DNA of 62,018 nt, the filler included. It is 7 parts of 7 records of this genome, joined end to end, with 100 filler letters (N's around TTAATTAATTAA, not from the genome) between each part and the next. Parts side by side here need not be neighbours in the genome. Positions count along the whole stretch, not along the records: positions 25,162 to 45,272 come from SRR7504441_9065; positions 45,373 to 51,865 come from SRR7504441_9070; positions 51,966 to 62,018 come from SRR7504441_9071; 4 more parts are not named here. The stretch is one strand, 5' to 3'. Positions 44,119-54,451 of this stretch are shown here, piece after piece. A model generated the notes under the pieces. That model saw only the letters and a program-made list of their open reading frames with translations, was not told where the DNA came from and did not search any database. The translations under genes and the position numbers were made by a program. Each line of letters starts with the position of its first letter. Positions within the stretch are counted from its first letter, which is position 1.

Positions 44119-45204
44119 CTAGACGCAGCAAGGCTTGTCTAGCCGGATGGTGCTATTCATCTCACCGGTATCAGCGGCCATCAACGTGGTATAAGTCGTC
44201 CCGTTGTTGAGCACCGGTGGCGTCGAGAGCACGCCATGCAGCCCCTCCAGGCCCACCCGCTGCTGGGTCAGCTGTCTCAGCCCAGCCTCGGCCGCGCCTC
44301 GCCGGTTGTCGTGCGGAGGCGCGGGCAGCCAACGGTCGTAGTTTGTCTCGATCACATACCAGCTGTCCGAGCCGCCCCTCATCGTCCATACGTCCTTGGC
44401 AGCGATTCTGTCCCTCGCCACCACCGCGCCTTCCCCGGGTGCGACCCCGGCGACAATGAAATACACTGGCGCCGCCAATGGTGTGCTCACCATGGTCCGG
44501 AGAGCGCCGTCAAATGTCGAATTCCCATCGAGCAGGTCGCGAACAACCAGCACCGACGACCGCCCGCCGGCCAGCAGCGCCGCTGCCAGGTTGTCCAGTG
44601 GCCCACGATGCCCGTGCTCGTCCCCTTGGTCCGCCGAGTCCCGCTGGTCAATCGAGACGCTGAACCGGCCCTTGCTGACCGCCGTGAGCGCACCGACAAA
44701 CCCTGCGTAGGTGGTCATCGAGTAGCAAGGTCCGTTGCACCGCTTGGCTGTCATGTGAACAACCACAACCAGCCGCTGTAGCTGATCCGCGCTGTCATAG
44801 TCCAGATTACGAGCGTGCACCACCCGGCCGGCCGCGTCCTGGGCCACTATGCTCGTGCAAAAGGCCGTGACGTCATAGACCAACTGAAGCGCGGCGACCA
44901 GGTTCACAGGTATGCCGGTCGAGTTGGCTATCCCAGCAACCTCCTGAGCGCGTTCTGCCGGGAGCACACGCTCGATCGGGACCGCGCTGAGCACTCGCTC
45001 GACGATCGCCGGGGCGGGCAGGAAGGAGTCGATCGCCTGTTTGATCAGACCGGCCCGCGGGGCTACTACGTGATGCCAGCGGGTCTCCGGCGGGGCGTCC
45101 AGGTCGACCGTGTATTCGGGGGCCGCAGTCTCTGGCCCGGGCACGAACGGGCGGCCCAGCACGCAGGCAAACACATAGAATAGGCACAACACGCTCTTCG
45201 GCAT
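44119..45204 (-). CDS. Acid ceramidase / N-acylethanolamine acid amidase (Ntn hydrolase)
   Basis: Signal peptide, VDLDAPPETRW, catalytic CTSIVAQD, HARNLDY, ETNYDRW; intronless. Confidence 0.92.
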   Translation of the reverse strand: MPKSVLCLFYVFACVLGRPFVPGPETAAPEYTVDLDAPPETRWHHVVAPRAGLIKQAIDSFLPAPAIVERVLSAVPIERVLPAERAQEVAGIANSTGIPVNLVAALQLVYDVTAFCTSIVAQDAAGRVVHARNLDYDSADQLQRLVVVVHMTAKRCNGPCYSMTTYAGFVGALTAVSKGRFSVSIDQRDSADQGDEHGHRGPLDNLAAALLAGGRSSVLVVRDLLDGNSTFDGALRTMVSTPLAAPVYFIVAGVAPGEGAVVARDRIAAKDVWTMRGGSDSWYVIETNYDRWLPAPPHDNRRGAAEAGLRQLTQQRVGLEGLHGVLSTPPVLNNGTTYTTLMAADTGEMNSTIRLDKPCCV

Positions 45205-45272
45205 TGCAAGCGTTTCCCAGGATCTCTCAGCCCGGACTTTACGAGGCCGTTACGGAGTCTCCATGCTTTTGA

Positions 45273-45372
45273 NNNNNNNNNNNNNNNNNNNNNNNNNNNN
45301 NNNNNNNNNNNNNNNNTTAATTAATTAANNNNNNNNNNNNNNNNNNNNNNNNNNNNNNNNNNNNNNNNNNNN
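45273..45372. other. Artificial contig spacer
   Basis: N44-TTAATTAATTAA-N44. Confidence 0.98.
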
Positions 45373-45572
45373 TTTGTTGGTGTCTGTTGGTGTCTGTTGG
45401 TGGGCGGACTCGCGGTGAGCCAGGGCGACCGCCTCCAGGGCGCGGTGGAGCTCCAGCTCCGGGTCGGGCTGCGAGCTGCGGGTCTCCATCGGCCGGAGGC
45501 TGGTTCAGGGCGTCCTCCCCATGCCCGCCCGGCGCCTCAGAACCCGCAGGTCGGCCGGCCTGGCCCGCTATC

Positions 45573-47239
45573 ATGGCCACCCTCCATCCTCGCACGATTG
45601 CTAATGATTGGGAGTGGACGAACCTGACGGTCTTCCCGGCAACCGAAACGCCCAGCCCGAGCAATGGACCCTCGGCGGATGATGGCGATGCTCGAGCACC
45701 CGATCGTGCAGCGCATCCTGGACCGGTAGCCCGCCCCCACCCGCGCGGGCCGCACGGCGGGCAGGGTGGAGCGCGCCAAGCAGCGGGGCGGGTTCGTAGA
45801 CGAAGCCATGCGCGAAGAGGCTTGGGAGCAGGCCCGGGAGGCCGTCCGGCGGGAGAAGCTGCTCTACTCTCTGGCGGACGTCACCGGGGCCCAGCTGGCT
45901 GCCGTGGAGCTCCGGCAGCTGATCTATTGGGACGTGGTCGCCCAGCTCGGGCTGCTAATCGCTGGGCTGCTCTTCACGCTGGTGTCTATCGCCAAGCATG
46001 ACAGTCTGGTGTGCCACGTTTACTGGGCCACTCTGGCGTTCCACATCGGGCCGGTGGTCGCCGGATGCCGCGTGCTCGCCGTGGCCAATCAATTCGAGGT
46101 CTGGGCCAACGAGGCGATCCATCAACGGCTGCCGCTCGGCTGGCTGGGCAAGAAGCTGGCGGCCCACAAGCCGCTGCTCGTCTGGTGCTGCCCGCCGATC
46201 GCGCGGCTGAGGCCGGTTTCAGGTACCTCGGATTTGTGTCTGTGGCTGCAGTGGCCGACTTGGGCTGTCTCGCGGGCGTACTCACTATGGACACGCCTCA
46301 CGGGGACGATCTGACGCCGTATGCGTTTGTGATGGTGCTAGTCTGCTCCATGTTCTGCCTCGATCTGGTGATCTTCCTCTGGATACCGCTCGCGCTGCAC
46401 AGAATCCGCGACGAGGTCAGGTATCCGGTCCCACGCGGCTCTTAACTCCGGGGCAGCACTGGGCCAAGCTCAGGCCGAAACTGGTGGCTGCCCTCCCCTG
46501 GTGCAGCTGCTGCTTCTCGGCCGCAACTGTCGACGATCTGAGCCTGCAAGAGCCGGCCACGCCCGGCCGTGGGTGCGCGCTGCTGGGCTTGAGAGTGGCT
46601 CATCTGAGCTGTGGCAGCCGCCGGAGTCTCGGTCTGTTCTTTGAGGAGAACTGTGCAACAGGGCTGCCCAGCACGCCGCTGGGGCCTCTGTTGGCCAAAT
46701 GGTGTGACGTGCGGCGGGGCGATACAGTCGACGGGGGCGGCAGCGTAGACTTGATTCTCACGGTGTCGCCTGTGTGCCGGCTGCGAGCCTGACTCGGCCC
46801 CAGGGCTGCGGTGCAGTCGGGGCCTCGGGGCTGTGCTGGGTGCCGCAAGCTGAGCTGGCCGAAGGTGACGTGCTCCGCTTCTCGGAGTGTTTATTCCGAC
46901 CGACCGCAGGCACCGCCGCCCTCGCCGTGAGTGTGTAACCCTAAGCCCAGATGGGCCCACCCCTAGTGCACGTGGGGAGGCTGGCCGACCGCACTACGCG
47001 GTGGTGGCCGGGCTGGAGGCGGAGGCGGTGCAGCTGCTCGAGCAAGGGCTAGGCCAGGCCAACATAGTGGCGAGCGATTGTGTTTGTTTGGACCAGCTCG
47101 CGTCGGTCTGCCTGCCTGAGTAGACAGGGCTGACCGGCAGGTGCCTAGGGGAATGTCAAGGTGTTCAGACCGGTCGATCAGACTCGAGGGCGGAGCGAGT
47201 CCAGCGATAGCGACAAGTCTCAGCAAGCTAACGGGCTAG
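45573..47239 (+). CDS. Hypothetical multi-pass membrane protein (multi-exon)
   Basis: Several hydrophobic exons (VVAQLGLLIAGLLFTLVSI; FVMVLVCSMFCLDLVIFLWIPL); exon boundaries approximate. Confidence 0.5.
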
Positions 47240-47450
47240 CCAAGCGGGCAAACAGCGACTTACTCTAGTATATTATTAAATTAACCCGGCTCTTACTAAC
47301 TCGCGCGTACTGCCGGGTACTACTTGATCGTAGTAGTCAGTACATGTCAGTACGAGTACGAGTACCGCCTCTAGTAGAGATGTCTAGCTGCGTTAAATTG
47401 GGATTCTTGATAATGCTAAAGCATCTTTTATGTATTGTGGTGGTATACGG

Positions 47451-48677
47451 CTACGGCCCGAATGATAAGCTGCGGCTAGGGAGCGCCCCAATCCCCTTGA
47501 GCTCTAAGCTGTCAGGGTAGACCTCAACAACCCCAAATGACTCTCCGTATGTCAGCGGCGATTGGACAGTGACGTGGTGCACTCCATGACTATCCCTCGC
47601 GTACCCGCCCGAATGTGCGTGCCCTGCAAACACGGCTAGCACCAGCCCGTCGCCCTGTTTGTGCAGCACATCGAGTGCCTCATCGTAGTCAAAGGCGACC
47701 GTCTTAAAGCTCGCAGCACCCGGATTTACAGGAATGTGGGTCAGCACCACCACCTTCTCGCCCTCCCGCCTCGCCTCTGCGAGCACCCCCTTCAGCCAGT
47801 CGAGCTGCTCTCTCCCAAATCCCCTGCCAGGCCCGTCTCAGATCGCCAGTGCCTGGGCAGCTCCTCACCCGTTGAAAGGCACGAATCGCTTGTTTTCAGC
47901 CTCGAGTCCCTCGAAATAGTTGACCCCGGTCAGGTCTTTGGCGATTGACCGCGGGTTGTACCGCTGCAGGATCCGTTGTGCCTCCTTGTATCCTTCGGTG
48001 TCTGGTGGCAGCATGATAGACACCTCATATCTATACCAAAACCCGTCAAGCCCACAGCTACTATGGGGGGGCTCACGAGTTGAGCATTATGAACCGCCAG
48101 CCCTGCACCGACCAGCAGAAGTAGAATCGATCGTCGGCTACCTTGCTCCGGCCGGGCACATTTAAGTAACGGCGCAGCTCGTCGCCGCTGAAGTTGTATA
48201 GTTCGTGGTTGCCTAAAGCGTGGTACCATGGCACTGGACTATTCAACTCGAGCAGCGCCGCCTGTCCCCACTGGCCCGTGGGGGCAGCCGGCCGCACACC
48301 ATCAGGGTCTCCATGGACCTCGCGCTCTGCCCCGGCGGGAGGTCGACCCCCTGGCCGTACCCGCCCGCATTCTGGCCGTCGATCAAGTCGCCCAGCTGCG
48401 CCACGAACGCCACTCCCGGCGGCCGGTTCCAGTACCCCACTGCATTCTTGGCCTGCTGAAGCGACCCCCTGTAGTCGCGGGTCTCTGTGCCCGAGAAGTT
48501 TGTGGCTTTGTCTATCGGGGCCCACTGGATGTCAGCGATCAGCCCGAAACGGAACAGCGGCTCGCGGCCGGCGGCCGGATTGGCGAACGCCCGCTCGTTG
48601 GGATTCAGAGCCACCGCCATCAGCGCCCCGGTCCGGGCGGCCAGGATATGCCCAGAAAGGCGAGCTGCCCTGCGCAT
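47451..48677 (-). CDS. ADPRM: Mn-dependent ADP-ribose/CDP-alcohol diphosphatase (metallophosphoesterase)
   Basis: FGLIADIQW, QLGDLIDG, LGNHELYNF, FVPFNG, LTHIP, FAGHAHSGG; three introns. Confidence 0.9.
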
Positions 48678-48709
48678 CGCCACGAATCCGTTGGAGTTGG
48701 ACTGGTCAA

Positions 48710-51184
48710 ATGGTCTCGACTCGCCGGCGCCAGCACAACGCGCCGGAGCCCGCGCCAGCGGCCACCAAGCGACCGCGGCGGAGCTCTCCGCTGCGGACCG
48801 AGCCGCGCCCGTCAGCCGCCCGGCCGCTGGCGGTGCGGCCGTCCGTCGGGCGCCCGAAGAAGCCGATCGGATGGCGGGCGGCCGAGGAGGAGGCGGCGCC
48901 GTCGGATGGCGGCACGGTGGAGGTGGAGCGCACCGCGCACATCAGCCTGCCTGCGCACAGGCTGTTCTCGGCCACCCTGCGGGCGGTGCGGCCATCCGTG
49001 CGGGAGGAGTTCGTGCGCTTCTGGGAGGTGCTCTCTACGCTGTACCATCTCAAAAGCATGACGCTACTCCGGCCACTCCAGCGCGGGTGAACCGCTGGAC
49101 CCTGGTCACAACCTACTGGCTGCCGGTCGCAGGTACGCCATGTTTTCCGGACCGCAGGCCGAGCAGGAGAGACGGTTCTATAGTGACCTCTCGGCGAGCC
49201 AGGCCGAGAATCTGTGGCGGCGGTGCGATCGCGCCCGGCATGGCTGGCTGATGGGCCGTTGGCAGCTACTTGCAGGACATGGCCCAGTGCTTAGTCCGGG
49301 CTAATTATAGGCTGCTCACCAACGATGCCTGGAGAGTGGCCACCAGCCACAATTTCATCCTTTCCTGCCCGATTCAGATCGACACGCGCTCACTGCATCC
49401 AAGCAGGTCAGCGGCCATCACGTGGCCACCCAGTGTGTTGCCAGGCACTTTCAGGACCTGGCCAACCAGCTGAGTGGAGGCAAACAGCTTACAGAGTTCT
49501 CTGACAAGGTACCACCGCCGACAGTGTCGTTGTCATCTGATCGCCCACATGAAAGGTGCTTATATTCTACCGCGGCACCGGGCTGGTGCATGCCCCGCGC
49601 AACCTGAGGCCGCCGCTCGGTAACGGCAAGCCCAAGTTTTACATCGGGGACAAGGCCGACTTGCTGCTCACCCGAACCCTCGGTGCTTGATTGTGTGCTC
49701 CCGGTGCTGAGTCTAGCGCAGGCCGCGTGCTCCCGGCCTGGTTTGACGACCCCGGGCTGCACCAAGCCGCCCAGCCGAGCTGCTCAGGCGCTAACACGCG
49801 CAAGGTAGCTCGGCGGACCCTGGCTCAGCAGCTGCCCACAATCGGGTCGATATTGCGGTGTGTGCGGTTGCTGTTATCTCGCTGACCAGCACGCTGCAGC
49901 AATTTCTTCACTCGGATGGATCTATCTGAGCCTTCGTTCAAGCACGTGGTGCCCCGCCAGCTGTCCCAGCCCCACTGACGAGTCCTTGGCAGGTGCTCAT
50001 CTACTGTAAAAAGGCCACCAGCCCTGGTCAACTGCCTCGGATCCGGTCAAACAAACTGTTCGGGTTGTAACTGACCTCGGCTGTGCAGCATAAAGAGCTT
50101 TGAGGACATCCCAATGGCCGACCTGGAGGCCTCTGCTGCGGGCCCGGCCCGGCTGATGAGCTCCGTTGTCAGGTGATTTTCCCTCACAAGAATATTCTAT
50201 TCAAGCCGACGCAGATCTTCACTCTCGCAGCAACTGTACCGGATGGCATGTGCAGTGCGTCTTATTAGGAGCGGTAGGTGGTGCTGGCGCTGATCACTCT
50301 TGGCATGAAGTTCGTCAATGGCGGCCAGAATCAGTTCCTCTACTTCTTCCTCTTATTCTTCCTCGCCACTCGCTGCGTGCAGGCATCAGCTCACCCACAA
50401 CTGTATCCGCCTGCCGTGCTTCGATGCATGTGATTCTGTGGCCATGAATTGCAGCAGCTGGGCCAAGCCCGGGCACTCGGCCCGCGCCCAGCCTGGCGGC
50501 TGCAGGTGTGGCTGAAGATCAAAGACACATACAGAAACGCCCAGACAGCCATGTCAGATCTGTTGTACACGCATGCGAGAGACAGTGAGACCTGACCATC
50601 TTGACTGGCTTGACTTTCATGACCAGGCGAGTTGGGAGTTTTGCTCGAGCTGGTTCATTCGAGCGAAATGCAGGCCTGCTCGCTGGGCAGCTGATCGAGT
50701 GTGCTGATCTGCGGTCTGCAGGAAGTCAAGGAGGCGCTGTTGGCCTATTTCATTCTAATGAAGGTACGGATGCGCGTGTTTCTGACCCGCAAGGGGGTGG
50801 CTGGCAGCACGGAGGCCGAGGGTGCACAGCTGAGCAAGTCGACCGCGAGGCCGAGCAGTTGTTGGGCGAGTTGCTCGGTGGTTTGAGTGGCCCGGAGCGC
50901 GAGGTCGACTTCGAGGTTGAAGACGCGCTGGCCAAGGTACCTCGTGAGAGTTAGTCGGGCGCCCGAAGCGCTGGGCCAGGCGGTGAATGACGGCATAGTA
51001 GTGCCAGTCGACCGAGCCGGCAAGTACGTTGCACGACCTCTGCACGAGGTGCCCTTTGGTTGGGTTGCTCAAGTTTTTACTAGTGATGTGCATGTACATG
51101 TAGGTGACGGCGTTGCTGTCGGCTAAACTGACCGACACGTCACATTGGTTAGCCTTGCAGAATGTGAGCGATTACGTGTTGTAA
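48710..51184 (+). CDS. TMEM143/DUF3754-like protein
   Basis: EFVRFWEVLSTLYH, LVRANYRLL, KSFEDIPMADLE, QEVKEALLAYFIL, VDFEVEDALAK; many short introns. Confidence 0.75.
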
Positions 51185-51458
51185 TCGAATCAATTAATAA
51201 TAGCGCACACAGCCAATTTATGAGAGTTAAAGTCGTTTATTGATAATTATCTAATTCCTATTTTTTCCCAGGCTCAACTTACGCTTAACTGTGGCTATAA
51301 CTAACTCTGATTCGGAATACATTTTTGTTGGTAACGTACCGGACCGGGTGTCCTGTGTTATTAATAGTAACAGAGGTGGCATTGCCCAAGTTTTCAGCAT
51401 GTATGGGGTTAGTGTACCAGTAGTGTACATGTAGTGTACATGTACTCATGTAGTCGAG

Positions 51459-51865
51459 CTATCTTATGGCAGGATTTAGTTGGAGCCACTTCCATCTCGG
51501 CGAACCCTCGATCCTCCCCGCTACCTTCTGTATATGGGCCAATGTCGCTTCATACGAAGCTTGCTCAAGCACCACTCTAGATACAGCTGCACTGCCACCC
51601 GCGAGCCCGGGCTGCCCTGCCTCGGAGACCGGTGAATCAGGCTGCTTTGGCACCTCGCAGTCCGGTTGCGCCATGGACTGTTGGACTCGCATGGCTCTTC
51701 TTGCCTTAGGCAGCTTTGGCACCTTGAACTCCCCCTTTACATCAAGCCCCTCCAGGTCCGCAACCCCCCACATGCTGGGGGCTCGTGCCTGTCCAGTCGG
51801 GCTGTAGCACGACTGGTCAGTCAGCCGGTTGCGCCACTCGCTTCCCCGTACGTGCGGCGGACTCA
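51459..51865 (-). CDS. 3' fragment of an unknown gene
   Basis: Open frame ending RWKWLQLNPAIR* next to a GTAC-rich spacer; truncated by the gap. Confidence 0.5.
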
Positions 51866-51965
51866 NNNNNNNNNNNNNNNNNNNNNNNNNNNNNNNNNNN
51901 NNNNNNNNNTTAATTAATTAANNNNNNNNNNNNNNNNNNNNNNNNNNNNNNNNNNNNNNNNNNNN
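51866..51965. other. Artificial contig spacer
   Basis: N44-TTAATTAATTAA-N44. Confidence 0.98.
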
Positions 51966-52109
51966 CCGGGCCGGACGGATGGTACTAATCTACGTACCGC
52001 AAAACTCAAGTACGTGTACAGCTAGTTCCTCTCAGTCTGCAACGGAACGGCTCACCGGCTGCACGGCTGCACCCTCCGCCGGACAGCAGGACTCTCGTCG
52101 GAGCCTGAC

Positions 52110-52504
52110 ATGCAGGGGCTAGTCGACTACAGCTCCGACGAGGGCTCGGAACCGGGGGAGCCGTCGGCCCCGGTTGCCGCCCCGGCCGAGCCGCCCCGGC
52201 TGCCTAGCGCGGCCTCGCTGCTCGGACCGGACCTCCCGGGCCTGCTGCCCGACCCGACCACCCAGCAGCCCGGCAACAAGCGCAAGCTGGGCCCCGGCGC
52301 GGGGTGTGGCCCGCAGCCCGCCCCTGCAGCGCGGCGGGCGATGCTTCTTCCGCCGCAGGTCTGCCCAGCCCCCCGGGGGCAAGGCCGACGGGGCTGTAGG
52401 TGCGGACGGCGCGGAAGAATATAGTGACCGAGGACACCAAGGCGTGGAATAGGAGTCAGGCCAGCAAGGCAGCTCAGAGCAAGCCGCCAACTAACAGCAC
52501 GTAG
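52110..52504 (+). CDS. Small low-complexity protein, probably nuclear
   Basis: MQGLVDYSSDE..LPSAASLLG..KRK..LLPPQ|VRTARKNIVTED; one intron at 52359-52399. Confidence 0.7.
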
Positions 52505-52751
52505 CGCTTGAGCTGTGGCGCGTGCCAGTGTGCCGGGGCCGCTACCAATGATCGATAATGATACAAAGTAATAGTAGGTGCATCAATACGAATAACTCTG
52601 CGCTTGTAGACATACTCGTATAGTAAGTGCATCCATACGACTGACTCTGCGCCCGAACACATACGCGTACGAGGCTACACTAAGTCATCGGCTATACTCC
52701 GAGTTTATTGAGCACTATGTGCTTGACCGGTGCAGTGACTCAGTGTCTGCG

Positions 52752-53703
52752 CTATAACTTGGATGGCATGGCCGCATCGTACCGTTGGTATTGCGTGAAC
52801 ACAGCTGGGCGCCGCTCGACCACCGCACTTAGCCCCTCTGAAAAGTCAGCACTGCCATAGCCGTACGACTGCGCATCCGCTTCTCTCCAGAGGGCGGCCT
52901 CGAGCCCGACGTCTTGCTTCATCCGCAGCGAGCGCACCGTGGCCCTCACGGCGAGCGGCGCTTGGGCCGCAATCCGAGCCGCCAGCTCGACGGCTGCCTG
53001 CACCGCCGAGGGCCCGTCGGGGGTCACCTGCCCACCGGCTCGGCGCCAGGCTGCCGGTGTGGCGCCTGCGAGACTAGACCGATCGCCTTGGCTTGCTCGC
53101 CAGTCACAGTGTCTCCTGTGAGCAACAGCCGCGCCGCCTGCTCTTGCCCCGCCACCAATGGCAGGAAGTGACTCGCCCCCATCCCAGGGTGCAGACCTGC
53201 CCCAAACGCTGGCCGCCCGCCCCAAACGCAGCCGGCACCCAGCCGCACGAACGTGAATCCGAGCTTGGCGCTGCTCGCGGCGATCCGCACGTCGCAGGCC
53301 ATCGCGAAGCACAGCCCGGCCCCGATTGCCGGCCCGTTAATCGCGCAGATCACCGGCAGCGGGCACTTGCGTATGGCCAGGAACTGCCCTCGAAGTCCGG
53401 CCAGGCCGCGCGTCAAAGCACCGTCGAATAGAAGCGGTGCATGATCGCGGAGTTCCTCGCCGGCGAGTCGGCCGCCCGCTCCCGCAGCCAGGCGAGGTCG
53501 CCCCCGGCCGAGAATGCCCGGCCGGCCCCTGTGACGACCAGGCAGCCGACCTGGGCCGGATCGATCTCGGTCAGCGCAGCGGTGAAGTCGGTGGCCAGCG
53601 CGGCGGTCATGGCGTTGAGCTTGTCGGGCAGGTTGAGTGTGAGTAGCTGCACCCGGCCCACCCGAGACAGCAGCACAGCATCTTGCCCTGCCCGGCCCGG
53701 CAT
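52752..53703 (-). CDS. Enoyl-CoA hydratase/isomerase (crotonase family)
   Basis: LNLPDKLNAM, GAGRAFSAGGDL, PVICAINGPAIGAG, ACDVRIA, GLHPGMG; three introns. Confidence 0.93.
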
Positions 53704-53755
53704 CCGCCCAGCTTTGCTCTTTTCCCGACGACGAGTTCCGTTATTCCAGCCCGGC

Positions 53756-54205
53756 ATGCCCGTGCAGGTGCCGGAGCCTCTGGAGGGAACATCGGAGCTG
53801 CCGGTGCACCAGCTTCCGGACATCAAGGCGGAGCTCCAGTCACAGATTGGCCAGCTGGAGCGGAGCAACCTCGAGCTGCAGCAGGCGGTGGAAGGGACCG
53901 GCGAGTGGGCCGACGAGGGCACCGCGGGCGATCCGGAGCTGGCTGAGGCGATACAGGAGAACCTCGGGGTGTCGCTGCCGGGCTCTCCGCTGCTCGAGCT
54001 GCCCGGGACAGGTGATTGCGAGCAAGAGGCATGAGCTGGCCGCTGTGGAGTCCATTCTGGCCCAGAATCCGCACATCGCACCAATAGCAGCGGCGGTGGA
54101 GCCGGCGGCCGAGGGCCCGGCAGGTGCTTGGCAGGACAGGCGGGGGGCTGAGTAGACGGTGGGGCAGCGCCGGTTCCCGAATCCAGCGATGGCGTCTACC
54201 TGTAG
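53756..54205 (+). CDS. Tma17/Adc17-like small coiled-coil protein
   Basis: IKAELQSQIGQLERSNLEL..DPELAEAIQENLG|VIASKRHEL; a second intron (54124-54167) gives the C-terminus DGVYL*. Confidence 0.65.
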
Positions 54206-54451
54206 TCCAACGGAGTTTACTAGAGGCGTCTGCTATTGCATCAGCATCCATAGCTCTGCACTGGTGGTGCGGATGTTCTCATGCAAGTGATCTTTTATTA
54301 TAGATACGCTATAAGATACTCGCATCAAAGGAGCTGGTATAATAATCGAATCGGAGTTGATTTATTGGAGTGGATTTATCGCAATCATACTTGACGTTAG
54401 ATTAGCTATAGCACCGCTTGGTGGATCCTAACTAAAACAAACCCAAGCATG

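Noticed and set aside
45375-45402. TGTTGGTGTC repeated about three times at a contig edge as a telomere
   Set aside because: Too few copies and not a telomere-like unit; more likely a minisatellite causing the assembly break
51185-51458. AT-rich spacer as an ncRNA or organellar insertion (also 5245-5579)
   Set aside because: No tRNA, snRNA or rRNA motif was recognised; composition matches other 3' spacers
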